Source: Promethearchaeati archaeon
GTDB taxonomy: Archaea; Asgardarchaeota; Heimdallarchaeia; Heimdallarchaeales; Heimdallarchaeaceae
Direction: 5' to 3'
Length of the DNA: 64,000 nucleotides
Assembly (NCBI GenBank): GCA_013166775.1
Contig: JABLTJ010000017.1
Location: 1-64,000, forward strand
Shown here: positions 17,328-27,089 of the stretch, piece by piece
How positions within the stretch are numbered: the stretch's first letter is position 1
Layout of the letters: every line of letters starts with the position of its first letter
Notes under the pieces: model-generated
The model's database searches: none
What the model was told of the DNA's origin: nothing
What the model saw: only the letters and a program-made list of their open reading frames with translations
Program-made: the position numbers and the translations under genes

Positions 17328-18218
17328 TTGTTCTGGTCAAGGAAGATGGATAAAATAATAAAATTTGAAGGTATATCTAAGAAATTTCAGTTGTTTTGGG
17401 AAGATGTTGTAATCTTTGAGAAAATTGATTTAGATATAGAAAGAAATGAACTAGTTTTATTATATGGACCAAGTGGGAGTGGAAAAACAACACTTCTAAA
17501 CTTATTAACAGGATTATTACATGCAGATGAGGGAGATATACAAGTAGCAGGCTTGTATATGGATTTAATAGATGATAAAGAAAAAGCAGATTTTCGTTCT
17601 AATTATCTTGGAATAGTTTTTCAGGAAAATAATTTGGTTTCAACATTAACGGTAAAGGAAAACATAGTTCTATTTCAGGAATTATGTGGAATTGAAGAAA
17701 AAGAGGAGGATAGGGACGAAAAAATCGATAAATTACTTGGAAAATTAATGATAGATCATAGAAAAGAAAGTTTTCCTGCACAATTAAGTGGAGGGGAGAA
17801 AAAAAGAGTAGCAATTGCAAGAGCATTATCTAATGATCCTTATATTTTGATATTAGATGAACCTACAGGTAATTTAGATCATGAATCTGCATATCAACTG
17901 TGTGAACTAATTAAAGATTTGTTTCTTAGTTCTGATATTACCATTGTAGTAGCATCACATGATCAAAAAATGATAGATATAGCAACTAGTATATACAAAG
18001 TAGGGTCTAAAAATGTTCTTTTAGAAGAAGTATATGCAGAAAGAAAGAAAGATGATACTATAAAATATAGACTAATTGATTCGTTAGAAAAGATGAGGGA
18101 AGAGGAAGAATTAGTGACTGTAGATGGAATTCCATATACAGAAGAAGAAATTTTAAACATGACAGAAGAGGAATTACTTCTGTTAGAGACTGATAAGAAA
18201 GAGGACGAAGAGTATTAG
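17328..18218 (+). CDS. ABC transporter ATP-binding protein (LolD/MacB-like)
   Basis: Motifs GPSGSGKTT, LSGGEKKR, ILDEPTGNLD. Confidence 0.92.
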   Translation: MFWSRKMDKIIKFEGISKKFQLFWEDVVIFEKIDLDIERNELVLLYGPSGSGKTTLLNLLTGLLHADEGDIQVAGLYMDLIDDKEKADFRSNYLGIVFQENNLVSTLTVKENIVLFQELCGIEEKEEDRDEKIDKLLGKLMIDHRKESFPAQLSGGEKKRVAIARALSNDPYILILDEPTGNLDHESAYQLCELIKDLFLSSDITIVVASHDQKMIDIATSIYKVGSKNVLLEEVYAERKKDDTIKYRLIDSLEKMREEEELVTVDGIPYTEEEILNMTEEELLLLETDKKEDEEY

Positions 18219-18229
18219 AAATAAAAAAG

Positions 18230-20071
18230 GTGAAAGATTTGATTGGACAACTAAAATTCGCCTGGATAGATTTTAGGCGATCATTGTTAGCATCTGCTTT
18301 TTCCTTGATAAGTCAAATTATAACTTACTCTGCAATAACCATTAGTATTAGCTTATATTCAGCTTCCAAACACTTTCTTAATAACTCAATAAATGTAATA
18401 TTTTATAATTCTTTTAGAAATATAACATTATTATTCATCGTTGTTTGTGTGATAATAGGGGGTATAGTAACTTCTAGATCAATTGACCTAAAAATTCAGA
18501 GTCAGAGAGACGACATCGGAATAATGAAAAATGTTGGGGGAAAAAGCAGATGGATATACAGTTATTTTATTTTCAATCAGCTACTCACCGCTGTGATCAT
18601 GTTAGTATTAGGGATGATTTTGGGGATGATTTTTATATCAGTTGTATTTGCTTCATTTAAATTTATAGTTTACTTAAAATTTGTGAAATTCATTCCAATT
18701 TTTATTTCAAATATAGTAATTATAATTATAACATACATTAAATCACATTATACAATAGTTAAATTAGTAGGAGAAAAAGACTTTGAACAATCTTCTAGTA
18801 AACTAAGTAATTACAAGAGTATATTTGAATTTAATAAAATAATGAAAAAATTTGGAGCTCCTATAAAATTAGGGATAAAGAATTTCTTAAGATCAGGAAA
18901 GATATTATCAAGTTTTATTTTTAGCTTCTTCTTAGTTTTTTCATTAGTTTCATTCGTGATAAGCCCTCTTACAGTAAACGAAACTTATTCTTATCATTTT
19001 GATATTAGAAACCAAGATTATTCTATTGTAATAGGAAAATCTGATTCACTTGATTTTTATAATCAAAGTTTATCCTTCCATACTTACGAAAATATTTCAA
19101 ATAATTATTATCTATCTTCTCTAAATTCGAGTTTCATGGAAGAAATAGATAATCTAAATGTAGAATTCCAAGAATTATTCGTTACGAAGATGTTAGTGGA
19201 AACAATACCATATCTTGAAATTAGTGGTGGATCATATGAATTAATTGGATCTAATAGAACTTTCTATGCGACCATTATCGGATACAAAACTAATTTCTTG
19301 CATGAAGATTTGTTTGTCTGGGGTTCAAACCCAGATCCCTCAAGAAATGAGGTACTAATAGGTGATTCTTTAGATCGTTCTTTGTTTGAAAATAGTACAG
19401 TTGAGAAAATTAAATTCAGAGATTTATCAAATCCCTGTCCAATAAGTGTTGTAGATGATATTACGCTTCTAGAGAGCACAAAACAATATTCAATAAAGGG
19501 CGTAATAATAGACAGTTTTGCTTCAGGTTTCACAATTTATTTTCCAATTAACAAACTAAAACAAGAATCGATAACCAATGGACCAAATCTAATATTGTTT
19601 GATGAGTTAAATTCAACTAACTTTAATCAAATATTAACTATTTCGAATAGTTATGGATATGAAATACAAGAGATTCAAGAAACATTGCAAGAAAATCAGA
19701 AGAGCTATAGAACATTTTCACAGATGTTCAACACTCTAGGTATTGGATTGTTCGCAATCTTTTCCTTTCAAGTTATAGTTTTCTGCTTCCTTTACTTTCT
19801 ATCTTACAGAAAGGATTACAAGCTATTGGCAGATCTAGGCATAAAAAAGGGCAAATTGCATTCCATTAATTATACAGCAACAATATTACAAACAATACCA
19901 GGAATAATTTTTGGAGCCTATTTCGGATCGATAATACCAAGATACTTTCTAGTTCCACATTCAAGGTTAACTCTATTTGGTTTAATAGTTCTAGCATCAG
20001 TTCTATGGTTCATTTTATTAGTATCATCAGGATCCTTCGCAGCAAGTAGAAGAGGATTAAAGAAAAACTAG
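18230..20071 (+). CDS. FtsX-like ABC permease
   Basis: Two transmembrane clusters with DIGIMKNVG-type motif; adjacent to the ATPase. Confidence 0.8.
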   Translation: MKDLIGQLKFAWIDFRRSLLASAFSLISQIITYSAITISISLYSASKHFLNNSINVIFYNSFRNITLLFIVVCVIIGGIVTSRSIDLKIQSQRDDIGIMKNVGGKSRWIYSYFIFNQLLTAVIMLVLGMILGMIFISVVFASFKFIVYLKFVKFIPIFISNIVIIIITYIKSHYTIVKLVGEKDFEQSSSKLSNYKSIFEFNKIMKKFGAPIKLGIKNFLRSGKILSSFIFSFFLVFSLVSFVISPLTVNETYSYHFDIRNQDYSIVIGKSDSLDFYNQSLSFHTYENISNNYYLSSLNSSFMEEIDNLNVEFQELFVTKMLVETIPYLEISGGSYELIGSNRTFYATIIGYKTNFLHEDLFVWGSNPDPSRNEVLIGDSLDRSLFENSTVEKIKFRDLSNPCPISVVDDITLLESTKQYSIKGVIIDSFASGFTIYFPINKLKQESITNGPNLILFDELNSTNFNQILTISNSYGYEIQEIQETLQENQKSYRTFSQMFNTLGIGLFAIFSFQVIVFCFLYFLSYRKDYKLLADLGIKKGKLHSINYTATILQTIPGIIFGAYFGSIIPRYFLVPHSRLTLFGLIVLASVLWFILLVSSGSFAASRRGLKKN

Positions 20072-20084
20072 TATAATTCTGAAA

Positions 20085-20432
20085 TCACGAAAGTGGAACA
20101 AAATCCTTTGTTAACATCTTGTTTATTTCTCTTTGTGGTATCTCCTTACTTCTGAGACCAGCAACAAAGACGTTTAAACAGTCTTTACAATATACTTTAT
20201 TGATTCTTTTATTATACGTTAGCGGGGACATAAATTTACTTTTACCGCAGATAGAACATCTATCCTGAATCCCAGCAGTTAGATCAGCAGTACAGTCAGC
20301 ACAATAACTTACCTGTCCTGAAACTGGTCTCCCGCACTTCGCACAATATTTGACTCTAGTTACCATGCTATCGTTTTCAGCGATGTTGTATGAAGTTTTA
20401 AATTTATTGTTATATTTAGAATAGAATGACAA
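20085..20432 (-). CDS. Double zinc-ribbon protein
   Basis: Four CxxC pairs. Confidence 0.65.
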   Translation of the reverse strand: MSFYSKYNNKFKTSYNIAENDSMVTRVKYCAKCGRPVSGQVSYCADCTADLTAGIQDRCSICGKSKFMSPLTYNKRINKVYCKDCLNVFVAGLRSKEIPQREINKMLTKDFVPLS

Positions 20433-20667
20433 GTAGACACACTCCCCATCATTTCAACTGGAGATATATGTATATATGTACATATTTCTGAGATATAGTT
20501 TATAGTAATATGTACATAGTCTCCCAATTAAAGTAAAATGTTAATTATATAAATGTTTCTCTATAACTATAGAAAAATTTTTATTCTTTCAAAAAAGTTT
20601 CGAGTGGAAGGAATGGGGTGGGGATCTCAAGAGAAGAAAATTGTAGATTAATACTTATACTTATTAA

Positions 20668-20711
20668 AGTCTAACACCAGTCTAATAACAGTCTAATACT
20701 AGCCTAACGTA
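20668..20711 (+). repeat. Four direct repeats AG(T/C)CTAA with 11-bp period, upstream of a wHTH gene
   Basis: AGTCTAACACC AGTCTAATAAC AGTCTAATACT AGCCTAACGTA. Confidence 0.7.
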
Positions 20712-20758
20712 ATATCTAACTTTAAATATTCAAATTAGGACTAATTAACTGTAACAGA

Positions 20759-21214
20759 GTGATCATAATGCCAAAAGAAATCACCATAAAGCTTCCTGAT
20801 GGGACAACAATAAAGATACCTTCAGGAGATACTGAAAGTCTGAAAACTACATTAGCTTTAGTTACAGGAAAAGAAGTTGCTGCTGGTGTTGAAGAAGAAA
20901 AAGAACTCAAAGCTGCAAGCATACATGATCTTCTTAACGCTTCAAAGATAGAACGTGTAGCAAGCATAGTAAGAAATCACTACCCTGAAGGGGATTGGTT
21001 TACTTCAAATGAGGTTTGTGAATTATACGAGATAATATTCAAGGAAGGAATTAAGATGAGTACAGTAAGTACTTATCTGGCGCGATTAGCAGATGAGAAA
21101 TTACTAAATAGAAAGGGAAATGTGTCTCAAAGATTATATTCAGTAACAAAGAAATTATTAGAATCCTTTGGGGAACTAAAGGTTCTTGAGATTCCTTCTG
21201 AACTTTTCAGGTAG
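20759..21214 (+). CDS. Winged-helix DNA-binding protein
   Basis: WFTSNEVCELY...MSTVSTYLARLADEKLL...RLY. Confidence 0.75.
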   Translation: MIIMPKEITIKLPDGTTIKIPSGDTESLKTTLALVTGKEVAAGVEEEKELKAASIHDLLNASKIERVASIVRNHYPEGDWFTSNEVCELYEIIFKEGIKMSTVSTYLARLADEKLLNRKGNVSQRLYSVTKKLLESFGELKVLEIPSELFR

Positions 21215-21247
21215 CTCGGTCAGACCCCAGATTTTTATTTTTGATTA

Positions 21248-21350
21248 TCTTACCACATAGATTATATTTTATGTGGTAAGATTTTCTATCTCTCTCCCTC
21301 TTCTTCATTCTTCATTTCTTACCACAGAATCTTTTTTCTATGTGGTAAGA
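21248..21350. promoter_or_regulatory. Palindrome TCTTACCACA-N14-TGTGGTAAGA, copies 2 and 3
   Basis: At 21248-21281 and 21317-21350, between convergent genes. Confidence 0.7.
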
Positions 21351-21421
21351 TTTCTCTTCTCACTTCCGCTCCGCTCGTGTGTATTTAGAAAAAAAGTTTT
21401 CCCTTCCCTTTCTTCTTGATT

Positions 21422-22564
21422 TTATATTTTGGTAAACGATTCCACTGTTTCCTTGTCCAGCCTTCTAATTAGTTCTAGAATCAATTTTGCTGCGTTATCC
21501 ACATCTTTTAGATCTATTATTCCATTGTGTGCGTGTATATGTCTTGTAGGTACTCCTATTACTATACTTGGACATCCTAGTTCTGTTAGATGTATTGGTC
21601 CTGCATCTGTTGCTCCTCCTGTCATTAAAGATAATTGTAAAGGTATCCCTAACTCTTCTGCTGTCTTAATAACAAAATCTCTATACCTGGGATTAGGAAT
21701 CATAGCAAGTTCATAAGTCATAATACTGGGACCTTTACCCATCTTAGTAGGAGCTTTGGACTCATCTATACCAGGAACATCACCTGCAATATCGACTTCA
21801 ACAACTATACCAATATCAGGCTTAATCATCTGAGCAGCAGTTTTAGCTCCACGTAAACCTATTTCTTCTTGAACAGTAGCTGCACCATAGACTACGTTAG
21901 GATGGGAAATATTCTCTTCCTTAATTTTCCTAATAACCTCAGCTGTGATGACTGCACCCATACGATCATCGAAAGCCTTACCAACAGCAAGTGTAACATC
22001 TTTCCTTTCCACTATTTCATCATCTTTCTTCTTGATTCGTGTCCTGTTCCATATCTCAAATTTGGAATCAGGCATCATAGGATCACCTATTTTTATACCT
22101 AATTCTTCAGCTTCAGCTTTGCTCGCACAACCAATGTCAATGAACATATTATCTTTAGTAACGATTTTCTTTCTTTCTTCTGCATCGACTACATGAGGAG
22201 GTTTAGCAGAAATAATACCAGGAATGAGTTTACCTTCAGATGTTCTGACAACAACTCTTTGAGAAAGAAGTGTTTGATCCCACCATCCTCCTAGTTGATG
22301 GAATTTCAAAAAACCTTCCTTGGTTATTGAAGAGACTTGAAAACCAACCTCGTCTACATGTCCAGCTATCATAATTTTGGGACCTTCTATATCTCCCTTA
22401 GAAGTAAAAATCAAAGTTCCTGTTCTATCTTGTAGAATCTCATCTGCAAAAGGTTGCACATATTCTTTCAATTTAACCTGAACTTCCCATTCAAAACCTG
22501 AGGGACCAAAAGCATTACACAATTCTTCTAAAATTTTTATATTAAACTCTGTCATGAATATCAC
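21422..22564 (-). CDS. M42 family aminopeptidase (TET/FrvX-like)
   Basis: Motifs AGHVDEVG, KAFDDR, QEEIGLRGA, GATDAG, PTRHIH. Confidence 0.93.
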   Translation of the reverse strand: MIFMTEFNIKILEELCNAFGPSGFEWEVQVKLKEYVQPFADEILQDRTGTLIFTSKGDIEGPKIMIAGHVDEVGFQVSSITKEGFLKFHQLGGWWDQTLLSQRVVVRTSEGKLIPGIISAKPPHVVDAEERKKIVTKDNMFIDIGCASKAEAEELGIKIGDPMMPDSKFEIWNRTRIKKKDDEIVERKDVTLAVGKAFDDRMGAVITAEVIRKIKEENISHPNVVYGAATVQEEIGLRGAKTAAQMIKPDIGIVVEVDIAGDVPGIDESKAPTKMGKGPSIMTYELAMIPNPRYRDFVIKTAEELGIPLQLSLMTGGATDAGPIHLTELGCPSIVIGVPTRHIHAHNGIIDLKDVDNAAKLILELIRRLDKETVESFTKI

Positions 22565-23183
22565 CTAATTTTCAATAGACTAAAACAAAGGTAAATGGCT
22601 CTTTTATCAGTTTTTCCAATTGTACTTTTTTGAAAAATATTGCTATATCTCTAATGCTAATTACACTATTTGTCTTTGTTTTTTGATCTACTCATAAATC
22701 TAGATTTGTGCTTATTTCCATCAAAAATCGTATTTTTCCTTTAAAATTCACAAAAGTGTGTGAATGAGTTCCAATGGAAATGGTCGGGTACAGTATAATT
22801 CTCCAGTTATGAGGCTTTAAACCATGTTCACATGATGTGAATGAGGTTGATTCTTGAGAATTATACACTTACACGGTCTGTTCCAGTGGAAATGAAGGGG
22901 TGGAAAATTTGAGTTCACAAATACGTGAAACTGTACACAATGGTGATTTAGTGATGATGCTTTTTTTGTCGCTATCCTTATCTTGTTCACACACATTTGA
23001 AAAAATAGTGAACGTAACTAATACAGATGTTCACATAACGTTATAGTCGGCTAGATATTCTAGATTTAGCCTATTAAAGAGGAAATAAGGTGTTAGTGAA
23101 TCGCTGTAATTACTGTGTATACCGTATTTATTGCGTATTACATTCTGTAATACCAAAAAGTGAACAACAAAAAAAAGCTAAAA
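22565..23183. other. Probable chromosomal replication origin (oriC) with ORB elements
   Basis: GTTCCAATGGAAATGGTCGGG (22768) and GTTCCAGTGGAAATGAAGGGG (22880) match the archaeal ORB consensus; cdc6 is about 1 kb away. Confidence 0.8.
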
Positions 23184-23531
23184 TTAAATTCCTTCTAACC
23201 CTCTTAATGAATCAGTAAATTTTCTCTTCTTCTTTTCAAGTTCTTTTATTTTATTACCAACTTCAAGTCTATCTTGTATTGATCCAGGAATTTTTTTTCC
23301 GAGATATTTTCTATACTTATAATCAGGTTCCAACCTGAGATAATAGTAAGGACCATGATAAAACTTCTCACCTTGAGCGCATTTACAATTCTTTTTCCCA
23401 CACTTAATATGCTTCATGCTGACTAGGCCAAAAAGAGGATTCTCTATTATTAGTGAATCAATCTGTTTATCTATTTCTTGTATATTATCTAATATACTAG
23501 TTTTAAGGACAACTATATTATTTGATATCAT
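23184..23531 (-). CDS. DUF6788-like Cys/His protein
   Basis: KCGKKNCKCAQG..HGPYYYL...YLGK. Confidence 0.65.
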   Translation of the reverse strand: MISNNIVVLKTSILDNIQEIDKQIDSLIIENPLFGLVSMKHIKCGKKNCKCAQGEKFYHGPYYYLRLEPDYKYRKYLGKKIPGSIQDRLEVGNKIKELEKKKRKFTDSLRGLEGI

Positions 23532-23659
23532 TAGTGAGGTATATATAATTCTATGCCAAAAAAATATTAGATATTACTCTGATATTCTGTGGATTATATT
23601 GAATTATTTAATCGACAAAAATCCTCTAACCATGTGTAATAGAATCAAGAAGTGATAAA

Positions 23660-23974
23660 ATGCAACAAAGCAAAAATCTACTTACAAAGAAAATAAGCGA
23701 GAAAACACAGATTCAAGGGGTTGTTGTCAGTAGTAGAAGAGTATATGTTTACTCAGATGAAGTTGATCTTGAAATAAGATTAGAGAATCTTTTACTCAAT
23801 TTACTTGAAGAAAATGGTCCTTTAACAAGAGGAGAATTAGTAGCTTTGACACATATCCCACGTTCAACCTTGTATGATAACCTTGCTAAAATGATATCAA
23901 GGGGGCTTATAATAAAAGAATCAGTTCCTAGAGACACAAGAGGACGACCAAAGATTTTGTTCAAAAAAGCTTGA
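23660..23974 (+). CDS. Winged-helix DNA-binding protein (TrmB/ArsR-like HTH)
   Basis: GPLTRGELVALTHIPRSTLYDNL...RGRP. Confidence 0.8.
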   Translation: MQQSKNLLTKKISEKTQIQGVVVSSRRVYVYSDEVDLEIRLENLLLNLLEENGPLTRGELVALTHIPRSTLYDNLAKMISRGLIIKESVPRDTRGRPKILFKKA

Positions 23975-24079
23975 TATTACTCTAGTTTATTACTAATTCA
24001 AATAAGTGTACTTTCATTCATTTTGAACGTCACTTATCGACAAAGTTAAACATGCATTGAAAAACTATATTGGCAACGA

Positions 24080-25318
24080 GTGGTGATACACAACATGAGT
24101 AAAGATCCATCATCAAATATAGATGAAATATTCGACAGATATCTTGATGCTGATACAATTGTATTCAAACAGAGAGAAGTTCTGAGTCCACATTATGTGC
24201 CTGATATTTTACCTCATAGAGATGATAAATTTGAGGAAATGGCAAAAATCTTGGCTCCAGCTTTAAGGGGAGGAGCTCCGTCAAATATTTTTATATACGG
24301 AACTACAGGAACTGGGAAAACTGCTGTAACAAAACATGTTCTGAATAAGCTTGAAGAAAGAGCAAAATCAAGAAATCTAGCCTTCAAATACAGTTATATG
24401 AACTGTCAGCATGTTGATACAAAATATAGAGTACTAACTCAACTGTGCGAAGATATAGGAATTGATGTGCCATTTACTGGGCTACATTTTGATGTGATCT
24501 ATCAGAAATTCAAAGACGCCATAGATAAAATGGATACTCTTCATGTTGCTGTTTTAGATGAAGTAGACATGTTATATCACAAGAGCTCAGAATCATTATA
24601 TGTTCTTACAAGGATAAATAGTGATCTTAAGAAATCAAAAATAAGTATAATAGGAATAACAAATGATGTGAATTTCAAAGAAACATTAGATCCTCGTATT
24701 CGCAGTAGTCTAAGTGAAGAGGAGATGGTCTTTTCACCTTATACAGCTGAACAATTAAGTGATATCTTGACCCAGAGAGCAGATGTAGCGTTTCATAAGA
24801 ATGTTTTGGAGTTTGGTGTAATCAATTTGTGTGCTGCAGTGGGAGCTCAACAGCATGGAGATGCAAGGAGATCTTTGGATCTACTGAGAGTATCTTCTGA
24901 ACTAGCTGAAAGAAATGGTGACGAGAAGGTAACTGAAATTCATGTAAGAAAAGCTCAACAGGTTATAGAAAGGAACACAGTAGTTGAAGTTCTAACATCT
25001 CTACCAATTCAAACAAAAGCCGTTTTACAGGCTATATTTATTGGTGAAGGAAAATCTGATGAAATAGCTACTGGTGATGTCTATGAAATCTATTCCAAGA
25101 TATGTAAGCTTGTTAGATTAGATATTTTAACAGCAAGACGTGTTGGAGATCTAATAAACGAATTGGATATGCTTGGTATTGTAACAGCACAAGTAATCAG
25201 TAAAGGTAGGTATGGTCGTTCAAAAAGAATTCACTTAACTGTACCTCCCAAACAGGTAAGAGAAGTTATCGAAAATGATTTTCGATTATCGAAGATTTTT
25301 GAGATGGATGAATTCTAA
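24080..25318 (+). CDS. cdc6: Orc1/Cdc6 replication initiator
   Basis: YVPDILPHR, Walker A GTTGTGKT, Walker B VLDEVD, GDARR, C-terminal wHTH with GRYGR. Confidence 0.95.
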   Translation: MVIHNMSKDPSSNIDEIFDRYLDADTIVFKQREVLSPHYVPDILPHRDDKFEEMAKILAPALRGGAPSNIFIYGTTGTGKTAVTKHVLNKLEERAKSRNLAFKYSYMNCQHVDTKYRVLTQLCEDIGIDVPFTGLHFDVIYQKFKDAIDKMDTLHVAVLDEVDMLYHKSSESLYVLTRINSDLKKSKISIIGITNDVNFKETLDPRIRSSLSEEEMVFSPYTAEQLSDILTQRADVAFHKNVLEFGVINLCAAVGAQQHGDARRSLDLLRVSSELAERNGDEKVTEIHVRKAQQVIERNTVVEVLTSLPIQTKAVLQAIFIGEGKSDEIATGDVYEIYSKICKLVRLDILTARRVGDLINELDMLGIVTAQVISKGRYGRSKRIHLTVPPKQVREVIENDFRLSKIFEMDEF

Positions 25319-25382
25319 TCATAATTAGCATTTTAGAAGAGAAAACTTTTTCTTTTTTACTTACGAGTTACATTGAACACTA

Positions 25383-26696
25383 ATGAGTGATCTATTCATA
25401 GAGTGTAAATATATAATCGCAGGTTCTGATTGCAATACAATCATAAGAGATGGCGCTATTATTATAGAAAATAATCAGATAGTTGCTGTAGGTAAAACGG
25501 AAGAAGTAAAGAAACTTTTAGCAGGTCATGATAAATTGGAAAGAACAAATCATATAGCTATACCTTCATACATTAACGCACATACTCATTTGCCTGAAAC
25601 GTTGTTACGAGGAATATGCGATAACGAGAAGTTGGATACATGGTTAAATGATTTCATTTGGCCATTTGAAATGAGAATGAGTTCTGAAGATGCTTATTAT
25701 GGGGCATTGTTAGGTTGTTTGGAATTAATTGAAGCAGGGGTAGCAGGATTTATTGATCAATATTTTTATGCAGAGTCAATAGAAAAAGCTGTAACGGAAG
25801 CAGGGATTAGAGCTCTTTTGTGTCCATCTGTATTTGATAATACACCTGAATCAGGAAATCTAGACAATACTTGGAAACACGTTCGTAATTTAGTTAGCAG
25901 CAAAGCTTCAAACAAGAATAATCTAATTAATTATGGTATTGGGCCTCATGCTCCATATTCTGTACCAGAGGATTGTTTGTTGGAAATTAAGGATTTAGCA
26001 GCAAAGTACTCAATACCTATTCACATTCATTTAAACGAGATAGTGAAAGAAGTAGAGGAAGCCAAAGAGAAATTAGGGGACACACCAATTGAATATATTC
26101 ATAAAATCGGCTTAACAGAGGAGAAGATTTTGGGAGCTCATTGCGTTCATACAACAGATAGGGAGAGAGAAATAATGAGAAAATCAAACTTTACTGTTTT
26201 ACATAATCCACAATCTAATCTTAAAATGACGAGTGGAATTGCTCCAATTTACAAATATCTAGATTTAGGAATAGATGTAGCTGTAGGAACAGATGGAAAT
26301 GCGTCAAACAATGATTTAGGAATGATAGAGGAACTTACAACTTCAGCAATGTTACAAAAATATCTAGCAAACAATCCAAAGGTAATGGAGAACGCCAATG
26401 TTCTGAAGCTAGGAACAATATATGGGATGAAAGCATTGGGAACAGAATCCAAAGGAATATCTGAAAACTCAATAGCAGATATAACTATTCTTTCGTTGGA
26501 AAAAAGTCATTGGTGGCCACAGAATGATCCGTTATCTAATCTAATATACTCATCATCAAGCTCCGATGTAACAGATTTGATAGTAAATGGAAAGGGGGTA
26601 TATTTGAATAAAGAACACCAATCCCTTGATAAAGAAAGAATAATTGAGAAGTGTTCATCAATTGCTCATAAAATACTTACAGAAATGGGAAACTAA
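25383..26696 (+). CDS. mtaD: Amidohydrolase, MTA/SAH deaminase-like
   Basis: Motifs NAHTH, PHAPY, HIHLNE, AHCVH, GTDGNASNN. Confidence 0.75.
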   Translation: MSDLFIECKYIIAGSDCNTIIRDGAIIIENNQIVAVGKTEEVKKLLAGHDKLERTNHIAIPSYINAHTHLPETLLRGICDNEKLDTWLNDFIWPFEMRMSSEDAYYGALLGCLELIEAGVAGFIDQYFYAESIEKAVTEAGIRALLCPSVFDNTPESGNLDNTWKHVRNLVSSKASNKNNLINYGIGPHAPYSVPEDCLLEIKDLAAKYSIPIHIHLNEIVKEVEEAKEKLGDTPIEYIHKIGLTEEKILGAHCVHTTDREREIMRKSNFTVLHNPQSNLKMTSGIAPIYKYLDLGIDVAVGTDGNASNNDLGMIEELTTSAMLQKYLANNPKVMENANVLKLGTIYGMKALGTESKGISENSIADITILSLEKSHWWPQNDPLSNLIYSSSSSDVTDLIVNGKGVYLNKEHQSLDKERIIEKCSSIAHKILTEMGN

Positions 26697-26721
26697 AAAA
26701 GGAATTAAGTGTAAAGCTTAC

Positions 26722-26782
26722 TGGCAATGAAGAATCTAGCCCTTTACTGAAGTAGATGTTGAGGATCTTGAGTTCTGAGCCA
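26722..26782 (+). ncRNA. C/D box guide sRNA
   Basis: TGGC/GCCA terminal stem; C box ATGAAGA (26727), D' CTGA (26747), C' ATGTTGA (26756), D CTGA (26775); 12-13 nt guides. Confidence 0.8.
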
Positions 26783-26894
26783 CCATCCTTCGTTTTTGAG
26801 TTCAATTAATTACATTTAATTTATTATCACTTTTTTTCTTGTGGTCTTTTAGTAATTTCCTCTAATTATGTAGATAACAAACTATAAGTGATGC

Positions 26895-26957
26895 ATGATG
26901 TACGATCCTGATGGCGATGGCGACGAAAATATTTTACCCCCTATGTGGAGACCTTAA
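26895..26957 (+). CDS. Orphan micropeptide P6, MMYDPDGDGDENILPPMWRP (20 aa)
   Basis: Same promoter layout, AAGTGATGC-ATGATG context, motif and terminal hairpin/T-tract as P1-P5. Confidence 0.8.
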   Translation: MMYDPDGDGDENILPPMWRP

Positions 26958-27089
26958 TTAAGAATCCCTCCATCTTTTTCTTTTATTATTAAAAATCATT
27001 AAAGGTAAATACTTGAAAGGCAACAAAAAAACATCAGAAATTTTACGTAAATTTGGTATAAATTTAATTAGAACTCACTTAAATTTAAT

